Shown here one piece after another: positions 41,029-50,321 of a stretch of DNA of 64,000 nt (position 1 is its first letter; each line of letters starts with the position of its first letter). Under the pieces are notes generated by a model. It made no database searches. It was not told the origin of the DNA and saw nothing but the letters and a program-made list of their open reading frames with translations. The position numbers were made by a program, and so were the translations under genes. Source of the DNA: an uncultured Clostridia bacterium (GTDB lineage: Bacteria; Bacillota; Clostridia; Oscillospirales; CAG-272). The stretch lies in assembly GCA_944381115.1 (NCBI GenBank), contig CALWJV010000002.1:26800-90799 (forward strand), in the 5' to 3' direction.

Positions 41029-41057
41029 TTGCTTTTTTTTAAAATGTATGTTATACT
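41029..41057 (+). promoter_or_regulatory. sigma-A-type promoter of tRNA-Glu
   Basis: TTGCTT, 17 nt, TATACT, ~19 nt upstream of the tRNA 5' end. Confidence 0.5.
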
Positions 41058-41075
41058 TGTATGGCAGTTTAAAAA

Positions 41076-41150
41076 GGCCTGTTAGTCAAGCGGCTAAGAC
41101 GTCGCCCTCTCACGGCGAAGGCAGGGGTTCGATTCCCCTACGGGTCACCA
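41076..41150 (+). tRNA. tRNA-Glu (anticodon CUC)
   Basis: GGCCTGTTAGTCAAGCGG.. resembles Firmicute tRNA-Glu. It has anticodon stem TCGCC/GGCGA, loop CTCTCAC, T-arm AGGGG-TTCGATT-CCCCT and an encoded CCA. Confidence 0.9.
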
Positions 41151-41216
41151 AATCAACCCGGCATATCAAAAAGTATATGTATATTTTTTGTTTTTTAACG
41201 CCTGGTATACCATTAA

Positions 41217-41251
41217 TAAAAGGACAAGGGTTTAATTCCTTGTCCTTTTTA
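41217..41251. terminator. bidirectional terminator (tRNA-Glu / fhs)
   Basis: aggacaagg/gtttaatt/ccttgtcct hairpin with A-run and T-run flanks. Confidence 0.6.
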
Positions 41252-41279
41252 TTTTCACTTTTGCCTGATTTGATGTTTT

Positions 41280-42941
41280 TTAAAACAATCCTGTTATCTT
41301 TCCGCTTGCGTCAACATCGATTTTTTCTGCGGCAGGTATCTTCGGTAGTCCGGGCATTGTCATGATATCTCCGGTTAGGACTACAACAAATCCCGCTCCG
41401 GCACTGACTTTTATGTTTTTTACCGTAACCGTAAAACCGCTCGGTTCGCAAAGTTTTGTCGGATCATCCGAAAAACTATACTGCGTCTTGGCAATGCATA
41501 CCGGAAGTTTATCAAAGCCAAGTTCTTTGATTTGCTTTAACTGCTTTAATGCACCAGGAAGAAAATTTACACCATCACCACCGTAAATTTTTTTGACGAC
41601 CGCTTCAATCTTTTCTTCAATCGAAAATTCATCCGGGTAACAGAAGTTAAAATGATTTTCTTTATTGCAAAGGCGTACGACCTCTTCTGCAAGTTCTATA
41701 CCTCCGTCTCCGCCTTTACCCCAAACTTCGGAAAGTCGTACATTAACTCCAAGTTCTTGGCATTTCTCAATGATCATTTCAATCTCTGCCTCTGTGTCTG
41801 TCGGAAAACGGTTAATTGCAACAACAGACGGAAGTTTGAATACATCGGAAATATTAGAGACATGTCGCAAAAGATTCGGTATACCTCTTTTCAATGCTTC
41901 CAGGTTTTCATTCCCCAGTTCCGTTTTTGCAAGTCCTCCATGCATTTTAAGGGCCCTTACAGTTGCAACTATTACGCACGCGTCCGGTTTAAGTCCTGCA
42001 TAGCGGCATTTTATATCAAGAAATTTCTCTGCGCCAAGATCTGCACCAAATCCGGCTTCAGTTACAGTGTATTCGGAAAGTCTCAATGCAGTTTTAGTTG
42101 CAACTACTGAGTTACAGCCGTGTGCGATATTTGCAAAAGGACCTCCATGTACTATTGCAGGCGTTCCCTCAAGAGTCTGAACAAGGTTAGGCTTGATTGC
42201 ATCTTTAAGCAGCGCTGCCATGGCTCCGTTCGCCTTAAGTTGCGCCGCGGTCACAGGTTTTTCGTCATATGTATATCCTACTATTATTTTTCCCAGTCTT
42301 TCTTTTAAATCAGAAATATCCTTCGAAAGACAAAGAATCGCCATTATCTCTGATGCGACGGTAATATCGTAACCGTCCTCCCTTGGAACACCGTTTATCC
42401 TGCCCCCGAGTCCGTCTGTAATAAAGCGGAGTTGTCTGTCATTCATATCAACGCAACGCTTCCATGTAATTCTTCTGGGATCTATATTCAGTGCATTTCC
42501 TTGATAAATATGATTATCAAGCATAGCAGCCAAAAGATTATTCGCCGCACCGATTGCGTGAAAGTCTCCTGTAAAGTGAAGGTTGATATCCTCCATTGGT
42601 ACAACCTGTGCATATCCACCGCCTGCAGCGCCTCCCTTTATACCGAAAACAGGGCCCAGTGAGGGTTCACGAAGTGCGACCATAACATTTTTTCCGATTT
42701 TATTCAGCGCATCGGCAAGACCTATTGTTGTTGTTGTCTTTCCTTCTCCCGCAGGTGTAGGAGTTATTGCTGTAACAAGGATAAGTTTACCGTTTTTATT
42801 ACCTTTGATTTCTGAAACATTGATCTTTGCTTTATAATTTCCGTAAAGTTCAATGGCTTCTTCGGGTATACCGGCGTAAGCGGCTATCTCACCTATTTTC
42901 TTCATTTTGACGGACTGCGCAATTTCAATATCGGTCAGCAT
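41280..42941 (-). CDS. fhs: formate--tetrahydrofolate ligase
   Basis: 553 aa with 'LTDIEIAQ', '[20 protein letters not shown]' and '[18 protein letters not shown]'. Confidence 0.95.
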   Translation of the reverse strand: MLTDIEIAQSVKMKKIGEIAAYAGIPEEAIELYGNYKAKINVSEIKGNKNGKLILVTAITPTPAGEGKTTTTIGLADALNKIGKNVMVALREPSLGPVFGIKGGAAGGGYAQVVPMEDINLHFTGDFHAIGAANNLLAAMLDNHIYQGNALNIDPRRITWKRCVDMNDRQLRFITDGLGGRINGVPREDGYDITVASEIMAILCLSKDISDLKERLGKIIVGYTYDEKPVTAAQLKANGAMAALLKDAIKPNLVQTLEGTPAIVHGGPFANIAHGCNSVVATKTALRLSEYTVTEAGFGADLGAEKFLDIKCRYAGLKPDACVIVATVRALKMHGGLAKTELGNENLEALKRGIPNLLRHVSNISDVFKLPSVVAINRFPTDTEAEIEMIIEKCQELGVNVRLSEVWGKGGDGGIELAEEVVRLCNKENHFNFCYPDEFSIEEKIEAVVKKIYGGDGVNFLPGALKQLKQIKELGFDKLPVCIAKTQYSFSDDPTKLCEPSGFTVTVKNIKVSAGAGFVVVLTGDIMTMPGLPKIPAAEKIDVDASGKITGLF

Positions 42942-43031
42942 AATTTTCCCCTTCTTTTTATATCTTTAATCTTTTTATTATTATGCGTGATTCTTTAAAA
43001 ACAAAAGCAGTTTATTAAATCGCGTTTATTT

Positions 43032-44417
43032 TTATATAAACGCTTTAAATGCTTCATACGTTGAATAAAGATCCGCTTTGGAAATAACCTCGTAAGGGGC
43101 GTGCATTGAAATAACCGGCACACCAAGATCAACTGTATCTATGTTGAGATTCGCAATATACATTGCAACCGTTCCTCCCCCGCCAAGGTCAACTTTACCA
43201 AGTTCCGAAGTTTGCCATTGCACTCCGTTTTCCGCAAATAATTTTCTTACATATCCCACAAATTCTGCTGATGCATCGCTTGTCCCGGACTTTCCTCTCG
43301 CTCCGGTATATTTTGACATTGTAGTCCCGCATGAAACCATTGCACTGTTACGTTTTTCGTAAACGTCCGGAAAATTCGGATCGTATGCCGCATTAACGTC
43401 AGCAGACAAACATTTTGAAGCCGCTCTTACGGATATCGGCGAATATCCGAGAGTATTTGATATCTCAGTTATAATATCAAGAAGGAGCATACTCTGCATC
43501 CCGGTATTCCCGAGACTTCCCGTCTCCTCTTTATCGGCAAGAACGCCTAAAACGGTTTTATCGCTGCTACTGTCTGTTATTGCACGGAGAAGCGGGTAAG
43601 CACATACCCGGTCATCATGTCCGTACGCACCTATGAGTGACCTGTCAAATCCTATATCTCTTGCATTAAAGGCAGGAACGCACGATAATTCTGCACTTAT
43701 AAAGTCTTCTTCGGTAATACCGTATTTTTCATTAAGAATATTTAGAATATTCAGTTTTACTGATCCTTCTTCATCACCTTCTTTAAGAGGCATTCCTCCT
43801 ACAAGAATATTGAGTGATTCTCCGCTTATTGCATTTGAAAGTGGCTTTTGATTTTGCTCTTGGGAAAGATGCGGAAGAAGATCATTTATATAAAATACAG
43901 GATCCCCCGCATTATCTCCTATTCTTATTTTTATCTCGCTTCCGTCCTTTTTAATGATAACACCGTGGAGTGAGAGCGGTATTGCAGTCCATTGGTATTT
44001 TTTTATGCCTCCATAATAATGAGTCTTAAAAAATGCCATACCGCCTTCTTCGTATAGCGGAACTTGTTTCAAATCAATTCTCGGTGAATCAATATGCGCC
44101 GCCAATATGTGAATTCCGTCTGAATCAAGCGGACGGCTACCGATTTTAAATATATAAAGACTTTTTCCTCTGTTATTATAATACTTTTTATCTCCTGAGT
44201 TCAGTCTCTCTCCCAAACGGTATTCGGTAAATCCGTTTTCCTTGGCAAGGTTTATTGCAAAATCGGTTGCCTCTCTTTCCGTCTTGGCTTTATCTAAAAA
44301 CATTTTATATTCTTCTGAAAAATCAAAAATTAATTTTATCTTTTCTTTATCCGCTGTTTCAAATATGTTATTCTTCTTCATTTGCAATTTTTCCGCGAGT
44401 TTACCGTTATTACTCAT
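43032..44417 (-). CDS. M18-family aminopeptidase
   Basis: 461 aa with 'ILAAHIDSPRIDLK', 'YGHDDRVCAY', 'DKEETGS' and 'ISMHAPYE'. Confidence 0.85.
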   Translation of the reverse strand: MSNNGKLAEKLQMKKNNIFETADKEKIKLIFDFSEEYKMFLDKAKTEREATDFAINLAKENGFTEYRLGERLNSGDKKYYNNRGKSLYIFKIGSRPLDSDGIHILAAHIDSPRIDLKQVPLYEEGGMAFFKTHYYGGIKKYQWTAIPLSLHGVIIKKDGSEIKIRIGDNAGDPVFYINDLLPHLSQEQNQKPLSNAISGESLNILVGGMPLKEGDEEGSVKLNILNILNEKYGITEEDFISAELSCVPAFNARDIGFDRSLIGAYGHDDRVCAYPLLRAITDSSSDKTVLGVLADKEETGSLGNTGMQSMLLLDIITEISNTLGYSPISVRAASKCLSADVNAAYDPNFPDVYEKRNSAMVSCGTTMSKYTGARGKSGTSDASAEFVGYVRKLFAENGVQWQTSELGKVDLGGGGTVAMYIANLNIDTVDLGVPVISMHAPYEVISKADLYSTYEAFKAFI

Positions 44418-44563
44418 ATTTTCTCCATTCTGCCGTATTATTTCGGCTTAAATTATTATATATTTTCAATATCTTTTTCAAATATTCCAATTTCTGCGTA
44501 TTATGTTTTTTATCTTCTTTTAATCAGTAAATTTCAAATTTACTTTAACCATCATTTACTCGA

Positions 44564-45592
44564 TTAAATAAACGGCCGACGGTTAAGAACAAGTTTAAGC
44601 GGTCTTTCGGTAACTATCTTACCCGGAAGGGCATCTTGAAGTTCTGCCAATGCACATACGGCACCGAAAAGCATATGCAGATCATTAAAACTTTCGTCAT
44701 TTTCATAATCTAACGAAAGCATCATCTCAGTGTATTTTTTTGCAAAATCATTTATAAGATCACGTACTTCACCGTTCCTGTGAATGGTCTGACGGCTCGC
44801 TCTGTTTATACAGTAAAGCCAATCTATTTCGATAAAATTACATTTTTTCATAAAAGTACCCGGAAGTGCGTTTTCGGTATACATTTTTATGCAGGAGTCT
44901 ATCATTTTTTCCGGATATCGCAACGGCTTATGTGCATATTCGTGATTAAACAAATAATGAAATCCACCTGCCATATATGCGTACATTGCTATGTTTTCGG
45001 GGGTATATGTCGACGAAAACCTTGCTTTATTTACCTTCCCCTTTTTCCAAAATCCGGTTACTTCATCTGCATTTTCCCAAAACCAATTAAAATAGTTTTC
45101 AGAAAATTCGTAAGTCATCTCGCCTGCCGTCTCAAGAGCGGCATATACGCCTGCTCCTTGGTGTGAAAGCGGCCATGGGTCATATCCGAAAAGACCGTCA
45201 AGAAGTTTATAAAGTTCTTTTTTATCGTAATATTTATGCAGTGCGTAAAGTTTTGTGTCTGGTACTTCATCAAAAAGTTGTAGAGCCGCACAGCAGTGCG
45301 CTGTTGTGTGGATCGGATGATGCGTCTTCTCGGTAAAAAGACCGCTTTCTTTATTTTGCAATGATTTTAGTTCTTTTATTCTTGCTTTTCGGATCTCTTC
45401 TTTGCAAGCAAATTTGCCTATCGTATATAGTATATTTGCTGCATCGGCACATCCGTATTCATTTACTCCAAGTTCTCTCGATTTTTTTTCATCCTGCCAA
45501 AGCCATCTTGCATATTGTCCGGGAATTTCAAGCTCATGTTTTTTTACGCATTTTTCAATATTTTCAATAAGTTCCCTTAAATCTGATTTCAT
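44564..45592 (-). CDS. hypothetical protein (342 aa; possibly an alpha/alpha-toroid fold)
   Basis: I recognise no family. The start is set at ATG 45592 (GAGG 8 nt upstream), because the track TTG start lies inside the predicted -10 box. The fold guess is weak. Confidence 0.45.
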   Translation of the reverse strand: MKSDLRELIENIEKCVKKHELEIPGQYARWLWQDEKKSRELGVNEYGCADAANILYTIGKFACKEEIRKARIKELKSLQNKESGLFTEKTHHPIHTTAHCCAALQLFDEVPDTKLYALHKYYDKKELYKLLDGLFGYDPWPLSHQGAGVYAALETAGEMTYEFSENYFNWFWENADEVTGFWKKGKVNKARFSSTYTPENIAMYAYMAGGFHYLFNHEYAHKPLRYPEKMIDSCIKMYTENALPGTFMKKCNFIEIDWLYCINRASRQTIHRNGEVRDLINDFAKKYTEMMLSLDYENDESFNDLHMLFGAVCALAELQDALPGKIVTERPLKLVLNRRPFI

Positions 45593-45622
45593 TTTATAAG
45601 CCTCATTTGTTATTTTAAGTTC

Positions 45623-45651
45623 ATTATACAATATTTTTTGTATTATTTCAA
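45623..45651 (-). promoter_or_regulatory. sigma-A-type promoter of the 342-aa hypothetical gene
   Basis: Minus strand: TTGAAA, 17 nt, TATAAT. Confidence 0.55.
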
Positions 45652-45690
45652 TAGTTATTTTTAAAATATTCCTTTCTTACGCAAAAAAAC

Positions 45691-45719
45691 TTGACAAAAT
45701 AATTTTTTCACTATATAAT
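45691..45719 (+). promoter_or_regulatory. consensus sigma-A promoter of the M16 peptidase gene
   Basis: Perfect TTGACA (45691-45696), 17 nt, TATAAT (45714-45719). Confidence 0.6.
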
Positions 45720-45802
45720 CATATATAATAATTTATTTATATGTAGTTTGGCAGTTTTAATTTTAAATTCAAAAACCGCATATTTGTTTAAGAAAGTGAA
45801 AA

Positions 45803-47071
45803 ATGGAAAAAACTAATTTTACAAAAAACGGTGTCGCCGTTTACAGTTATAAAAATCCTAAAATTTCCGGTTTTGCAATTTCGCTGTTTTTACGTTCCGG
45901 ACCTATGTACGAAAATGAAACGGAAAATGGTTTTACTCATTTTTTCGAACATATTGTTTTTCGCAATATCAACGCAATTATGGGCGGGACTCTCTACGAA
46001 ACTCTTGACCGCTACGGTCTTTATTTTAATGCCGCTACTTACGTAAACTATATTGAATTTACTATAAGCGGTTCAAAATTGCATTTTGAAATTGCTGCAA
46101 AAATAATTTCTCTTGTTCTTTCTCCTTTTATCCTGCCTATCTCAGAGATTAACATCGAAAAGCGAAGGATCAAAGCGGAAATACGTGAAGATGATGAAAA
46201 TTCTCTTGACCGTTTTTCTGACTGTTTGGTTTATAAAGGAACATCTCTTGCACGTCCGATAACCGGAAAATGTAAAGATATTGAGCGTTTCGGTATTAAA
46301 AAACTCCGATCTGAAAGAGAGCGTTTCTTGGTAAAAGAAAATATCTTCTTTTATATCGGAGGTGCTTTTAAAGACAAAGATATCGGTCTTCTTTCTTCAC
46401 TTATTGAAAATCATAATATTTATTCCGGAGTTTTTTTTACAAATATTGCTCCGGTTCCCGAAAATTTCGGAAATCGTAACTGCACCGTCGCAGTAAAAAA
46501 TGCTCCGCTTACTTCTGTAAAAATTTCATTTGACATTAAAAACGATGATTTTTCCTTGCCGGAACTGTTCTGTTTATGTGATTCGCTTTTTGCCGGAGAA
46601 AGTTGCCCTATGTATCGGGAATTGTCTGAAAATACAGGGCTGATTTACAGTTATGACGAAGGACTCAATTGCTTTGAAAACATTTCTTTCCTTAATGTTT
46701 CATATGAAGTCAGAGCGGATAAATTTTTAAAAAGTATTGAGACCGTTATGAAAATGTTTGAAAAAGCAAAAAAAAATGCAGGCAAACGGCTGCCGCTGGT
46801 TACTCCCGCATATACCGATAATGCGTTGCTCTCTCTTGACTGCGCAGAAACAATATGCTCTGATTTCGGTTATTATAACCATATCTTAGGCTGCAGGTAT
46901 TTTTCCGTGAATGACAAGGCAGCGGCCTTTTCCTCTATTTCAGAAGAAAGGATCGCTTTACTTGCAAATAAAGTCTTCAAACCGGAAAATCTTGTTATTT
47001 CAATCAAAAGCAACAGAAAAAACACTGATATTATTAATATCAGAAATACCGTTATGAGTATTTTAAAATAA
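45803..47071 (+). CDS. M16 (insulinase/pitrilysin) family peptidase-like protein
   Basis: 422 aa with the inverted zinc motif HxxEH as 'HFFEH', a 'NAATYVNYIEF' block and a downstream 'EKRRIKAEIRE'. Confidence 0.75.
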   Translation: MEKTNFTKNGVAVYSYKNPKISGFAISLFLRSGPMYENETENGFTHFFEHIVFRNINAIMGGTLYETLDRYGLYFNAATYVNYIEFTISGSKLHFEIAAKIISLVLSPFILPISEINIEKRRIKAEIREDDENSLDRFSDCLVYKGTSLARPITGKCKDIERFGIKKLRSERERFLVKENIFFYIGGAFKDKDIGLLSSLIENHNIYSGVFFTNIAPVPENFGNRNCTVAVKNAPLTSVKISFDIKNDDFSLPELFCLCDSLFAGESCPMYRELSENTGLIYSYDEGLNCFENISFLNVSYEVRADKFLKSIETVMKMFEKAKKNAGKRLPLVTPAYTDNALLSLDCAETICSDFGYYNHILGCRYFSVNDKAAAFSSISEERIALLANKVFKPENLVISIKSNRKNTDIINIRNTVMSILK

Positions 47072-47085
47072 ATTTTCATAAATTT

Positions 47086-47137
47086 ACTGCGGCTGCTCTT
47101 TACTAAAAAGTATCGGGCAGCCGCAGTGTTTTTTTTC
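47086..47137. terminator. bidirectional terminator (M16 gene / manA)
   Basis: 11-bp GC-rich stem actgcggctgc / gcagccgcagt, followed by a T-run (47129-47137). Confidence 0.65.
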
Positions 47138-47151
47138 TGCTTTGTGAATTT

Positions 47152-48096
47152 TTAAAGCGTAGATTTAACTATATTCATTTTTCCTTTAAACGTTATATCT
47201 CCCGCTCCGGCAAAGGCGAAAACAGTGCTCCCTTTTGCTAATGTTACCTCCTCGTCGCTTGATATGATTTTTCCATCACCGTCAATAACCGTAAAAGAAG
47301 CAAAGCTGTCTTCCCCAACTGTGATTTTTTCCTCGCCATCAACATTTACAACAGAAACACGGAAAAACGGACAGGTTACCATAATTTTTTCGTTACCTTT
47401 CTGTACACCTTTTTCATAAAACTCAGTCTGTACATCAAGATTTGAGGCAATCACACCTTTTTCTATGTGAAGTTCTCTTTCATTTCCGTTTGAATCTTTT
47501 CGCTTGTAGTCGTAAAGACGGTATGTCGTATCAGAGGTTTGCTGTATCTCACAAATTGTTATTCCCGCCCCTATGGCATGGATCGTACCCGCTTTTATGA
47601 AAAATGTGTCGCCTTTTTTTACTGGCACTTTATTTAAATAATTTGTTATTGTACCATCAAGGATTGATTCACGGAATTTTTCAACTGTAAGTTTTTCCTT
47701 TACTCCATAATAAAGATATGCACCTTCTTCTGCTTCACAAACTATCCACATCTCAGTTTTTCCGCCGTCTGCATTCAGTATTTTTGCATTTTCATCACTT
47801 GGATGTACCTGTATCGAAAGCGGTGCAGCAGCATCTATTAGTTTAATAAGTATGGGAAGTTTTTCAGAACCGTGTGCCATGGTTCCGAGTATATCTTTCC
47901 CCTCTGCATCTATTACTTCGTTTATGGTTTTTCCATCATATTTTCCGCCGTCTGCTATACTCTCTTTGCCTTTGTAACCTGATAATTCCCATGCCTCCGC
48001 AATATCCCGAAAGTCTTTTTTACCGTATTTTTCATAAAGATTTGTTCCTCCCCATATTGCTTTGTGGCAATATGGCTTTAATTTTACAAGTTTCAT
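47152..48096 (-). CDS. manA: mannose-6-phosphate isomerase, class I (Bacillus type)
   Basis: 314 aa with 'KAIWGGTNL', 'LSIQVHPSDE', 'KTEMWIV' and 'GTIHAIGAGI'. Confidence 0.85.
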   Translation of the reverse strand: MKLVKLKPYCHKAIWGGTNLYEKYGKKDFRDIAEAWELSGYKGKESIADGGKYDGKTINEVIDAEGKDILGTMAHGSEKLPILIKLIDAAAPLSIQVHPSDENAKILNADGGKTEMWIVCEAEEGAYLYYGVKEKLTVEKFRESILDGTITNYLNKVPVKKGDTFFIKAGTIHAIGAGITICEIQQTSDTTYRLYDYKRKDSNGNERELHIEKGVIASNLDVQTEFYEKGVQKGNEKIMVTCPFFRVSVVNVDGEEKITVGEDSFASFTVIDGDGKIISSDEEVTLAKGSTVFAFAGAGDITFKGKMNIVKSTL

Positions 48097-48142
48097 CCTT
48101 TTCCTTCTCCTTTTGTATATTGAACTCTATTTTAGCCGTAAG

Positions 48143-48712
48143 TTAATTTTCCAGACCGTAATATACAAGAAGTCCGTTGTATATCCCCCTTGCATAAAGC
48201 GCTGAATTGTCCCTCATAAATTCTGCCTCACCAGGATTGGTTATAAAACCGAGTTCAATAAGAACCGCCGGCATGGTTGTGTTTCTGAGTACATAAAGTG
48301 ATGGCCGTACAAACACCCCTCTGTTCGGATATCCGGTCGCATCTGTCAAATTTTTCACAATATCTTCGGCAAGCACATATGCCCTGCTGTTTCGGCTGAA
48401 TACATATGCTTCGCTTCCTGTTGCAGATGTTATGTCTGATGCATTAACATGTATTGACAAAAAAGCATCTGCACCATAATTATTTGCTGCTGTCGTTCTT
48501 ATGTTGAGACTTTGCGCATTTGATGTTCCGAGTACTTCACTTGGACTGTTTCTTGAAAGCAGAACATCAAAATTCGGATTCCGCCGAAGCAGATCGGCAA
48601 GCGCTACTCCAACAGCATAAGTTATATCCTGCTCTCTAAGCCCGTTCCCCTCGGCACCTGCGTTCGGATTTGTCGGGTTATGTCCTTGATCAATGAATAT
48701 TTTTATTGCCAT
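48143..48712 (-). CDS. N-acetylmuramoyl-L-alanine amidase (Amidase_3 catalytic domain only, no signal peptide)
   Basis: 189 aa with 'IFIDQGHN', 'FLSIHVNA' and 'AVLIELGFITN'. Strong RBS AAGGAGG. There is no N-terminal hydrophobic segment and no wall-binding domain. Confidence 0.85.
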   Translation of the reverse strand: MAIKIFIDQGHNPTNPNAGAEGNGLREQDITYAVGVALADLLRRNPNFDVLLSRNSPSEVLGTSNAQSLNIRTTAANNYGADAFLSIHVNASDITSATGSEAYVFSRNSRAYVLAEDIVKNLTDATGYPNRGVFVRPSLYVLRNTTMPAVLIELGFITNPGEAEFMRDNSALYARGIYNGLLVYYGLEN

Positions 48713-48748
48713 AGTAATCCTCCTTTTTATTATAAAAGATTCTAAGCC

Positions 48749-48777
48749 ATTATATTCGGAAAAAAGGATTTTGACAA
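48749..48777 (-). promoter_or_regulatory. sigma-A-type promoter of the amidase gene
   Basis: Minus strand: TTGTCA, 17 nt, TATAAT. Confidence 0.55.
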
Positions 48778-48874
48778 ATTTTTATATTCAATCCGTTTCC
48801 ACGGACGTTTCCTTAAAAATTATTTCATTATTTTGCTTTTCTTTTACTTCGATCTATTTTTACCTTTTTTATGT

Positions 48875-50170
48875 TCAATCGTTGTTGAACTCACTTCCGC
48901 ACTCGGGGCAGTATTTAAATGGAGTATTTGATTTATACCCGCATTTACATGTAAATCCGTCAGCCGGCTTTTTGCTTCCGCATTCAGAACAGAATTTACC
49001 CGTGTTTACTGCACCGCAAGAGCATTTCCAAGATCCTGCCGGTGTTTTTTTCGGTTTTTTACTTCCGCATTCAGAGCAGAATTTACCTGTATTCTCTGCA
49101 CCGCAGGAACATTTCCATACCCCACTTCTGTTATTTGATACTTCTACGGATTTTTTCGCTTCTTTTTCGCTTAATGCCTTAGCTGTATCAAGAAGTGCGC
49201 CCTGATACTGTGCATTGTTACCCATGGCATTTCCCATCATTCCGAGTCCCATAAATCCGGTCATTGCGCCGGCAGAGTTTTCCGCTGCCTTTTGCATCGC
49301 CTGCATCTGAGCATATGCAAGACCACCTGCCATTGCGTTTGTATTTGAATGCATTACGTTTGTATCAAATTCTTCAATTCGCCTACGGCTGTTTTCATCC
49401 GGTGTTACCTTTACTATTGCTACCGAAACTACGTCAAGTCCTCTTTTTATTCCCCAGTCTTCATCAAGAGTTTCGGACATGTATTTGGCAATCTCACTCT
49501 GCTTTATCGGAATTTGACTAAATTTTATTCCTTCCGCCGAAAGTTTTGCAAGTGAAGAATCAAGGGCGGTCATAAATTCGTCCTTGCACATATCCATAAG
49601 TTGATCCTTTGTATAGACCTCATCGACTGCTCCTGCTACTGAAGAAAAAAACACGATAGGATCCTTTATACAAAATGAAAACTGTCCAAAATATCTTATG
49701 TATAACGCAGTTTTGTAGTAAGGATCATCATATACCATCGGAGTCGTCGTACCGAATTTATTATCCATTATCTCTTTTGTATTTACATAATACACCCTTT
49801 GAACTTTTGCTTTATCTCCTCCGAATGTAAAACGTTCACCAATTTTTTTAAATGAATCTATGATCCCGGAGAAAAAACCGCCCGTAAAAATTGATGGTTC
49901 TGTTGAAGAATCCCAAACAAATCTTCCGGGATCTGCACAAAATTCAACAATTTTTCCGTCTTCTATAATAATTGCTGCCTGTCCTTCTGATACTGCGATC
50001 ACAGATCCGTTTGTAATTATATCATCCTGACCTCTGTTGTTTCCTTTTGTTTGTTTCTTACCTTTTACTATCAGCGTCTCATTTGTCATTGAATCCGCCC
50101 AAAAATACTCTTTCCACTGGTCTCTTGTTACACTTTCAACCGATCCGAATGCTGCTCTTATAAGTCCCAT
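48875..50170 (-). CDS. SPFH-like (YdjI / 'virion core protein-like' family) protein with three C-terminal zinc ribbons
   Basis: The N-terminus 'MGLIRAAFG..ITNGSVIAVSEGQAAIIIEDGKIVEF' resembles the COG4260/YdjI family. The C-terminus carries 3x CxCG..CxxCG ribbons. Start set at ATG 50170 (AAAGGAA RBS). Confidence 0.7.
   Translation of the reverse strand: MGLIRAAFGSVESVTRDQWKEYFWADSMTNETLIVKGKKQTKGNNRGQDDIITNGSVIAVSEGQAAIIIEDGKIVEFCADPGRFVWDSSTEPSIFTGGFFSGIIDSFKKIGERFTFGGDKAKVQRVYYVNTKEIMDNKFGTTTPMVYDDPYYKTALYIRYFGQFSFCIKDPIVFFSSVAGAVDEVYTKDQLMDMCKDEFMTALDSSLAKLSAEGIKFSQIPIKQSEIAKYMSETLDEDWGIKRGLDVVSVAIVKVTPDENSRRRIEEFDTNVMHSNTNAMAGGLAYAQMQAMQKAAENSAGAMTGFMGLGMMGNAMGNNAQYQGALLDTAKALSEKEAKKSVEVSNNRSGVWKCSCGAENTGKFCSECGSKKPKKTPAGSWKCSCGAVNTGKFCSECGSKKPADGFTCKCGYKSNTPFKYCPECGSEFNND
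48975..49117 (-). repeat. in-frame tandem duplication (87-bp period) encoding two near-identical zinc ribbons
   Basis: cttccgcattcagaacagaatttacccgtgtttactgcaccgcaagagcatttcca (48975-49030) against cttccgcattcagagcagaatttacctgtattctctgcaccgcaggaacatttcca (49062-49117). Confidence 0.8.
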
Positions 50171-50211
50171 ATTTATTCCTTTCAACTTTTATCATTTTTT
50201 CTTTTGACTTT

Positions 50212-50240
50212 ATTTTAATGCATAAAAAAAACTATGTCAA
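50212..50240 (-). promoter_or_regulatory. sigma-A-type promoter of the SPFH gene
   Basis: Minus strand: TTGACA, 17 nt, TAAAAT. Confidence 0.55.
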
Positions 50241-50321
50241 TAGAAAAAAAATTTTTTTTAAATTATTTAACTTCATTTTAAAATTATTACATATTTTTTT
50301 TAATCCTTTAATTTTAATTCT

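Noticed and set aside
48960-49130. Tandem repeat initially checked as a possible CRISPR-like or intergenic repeat array.
   Set aside because: There are only two units, in frame inside the SPFH gene, and they encode duplicated zinc ribbons. It is a domain duplication, not an array. It is reported as a repeat feature instead.
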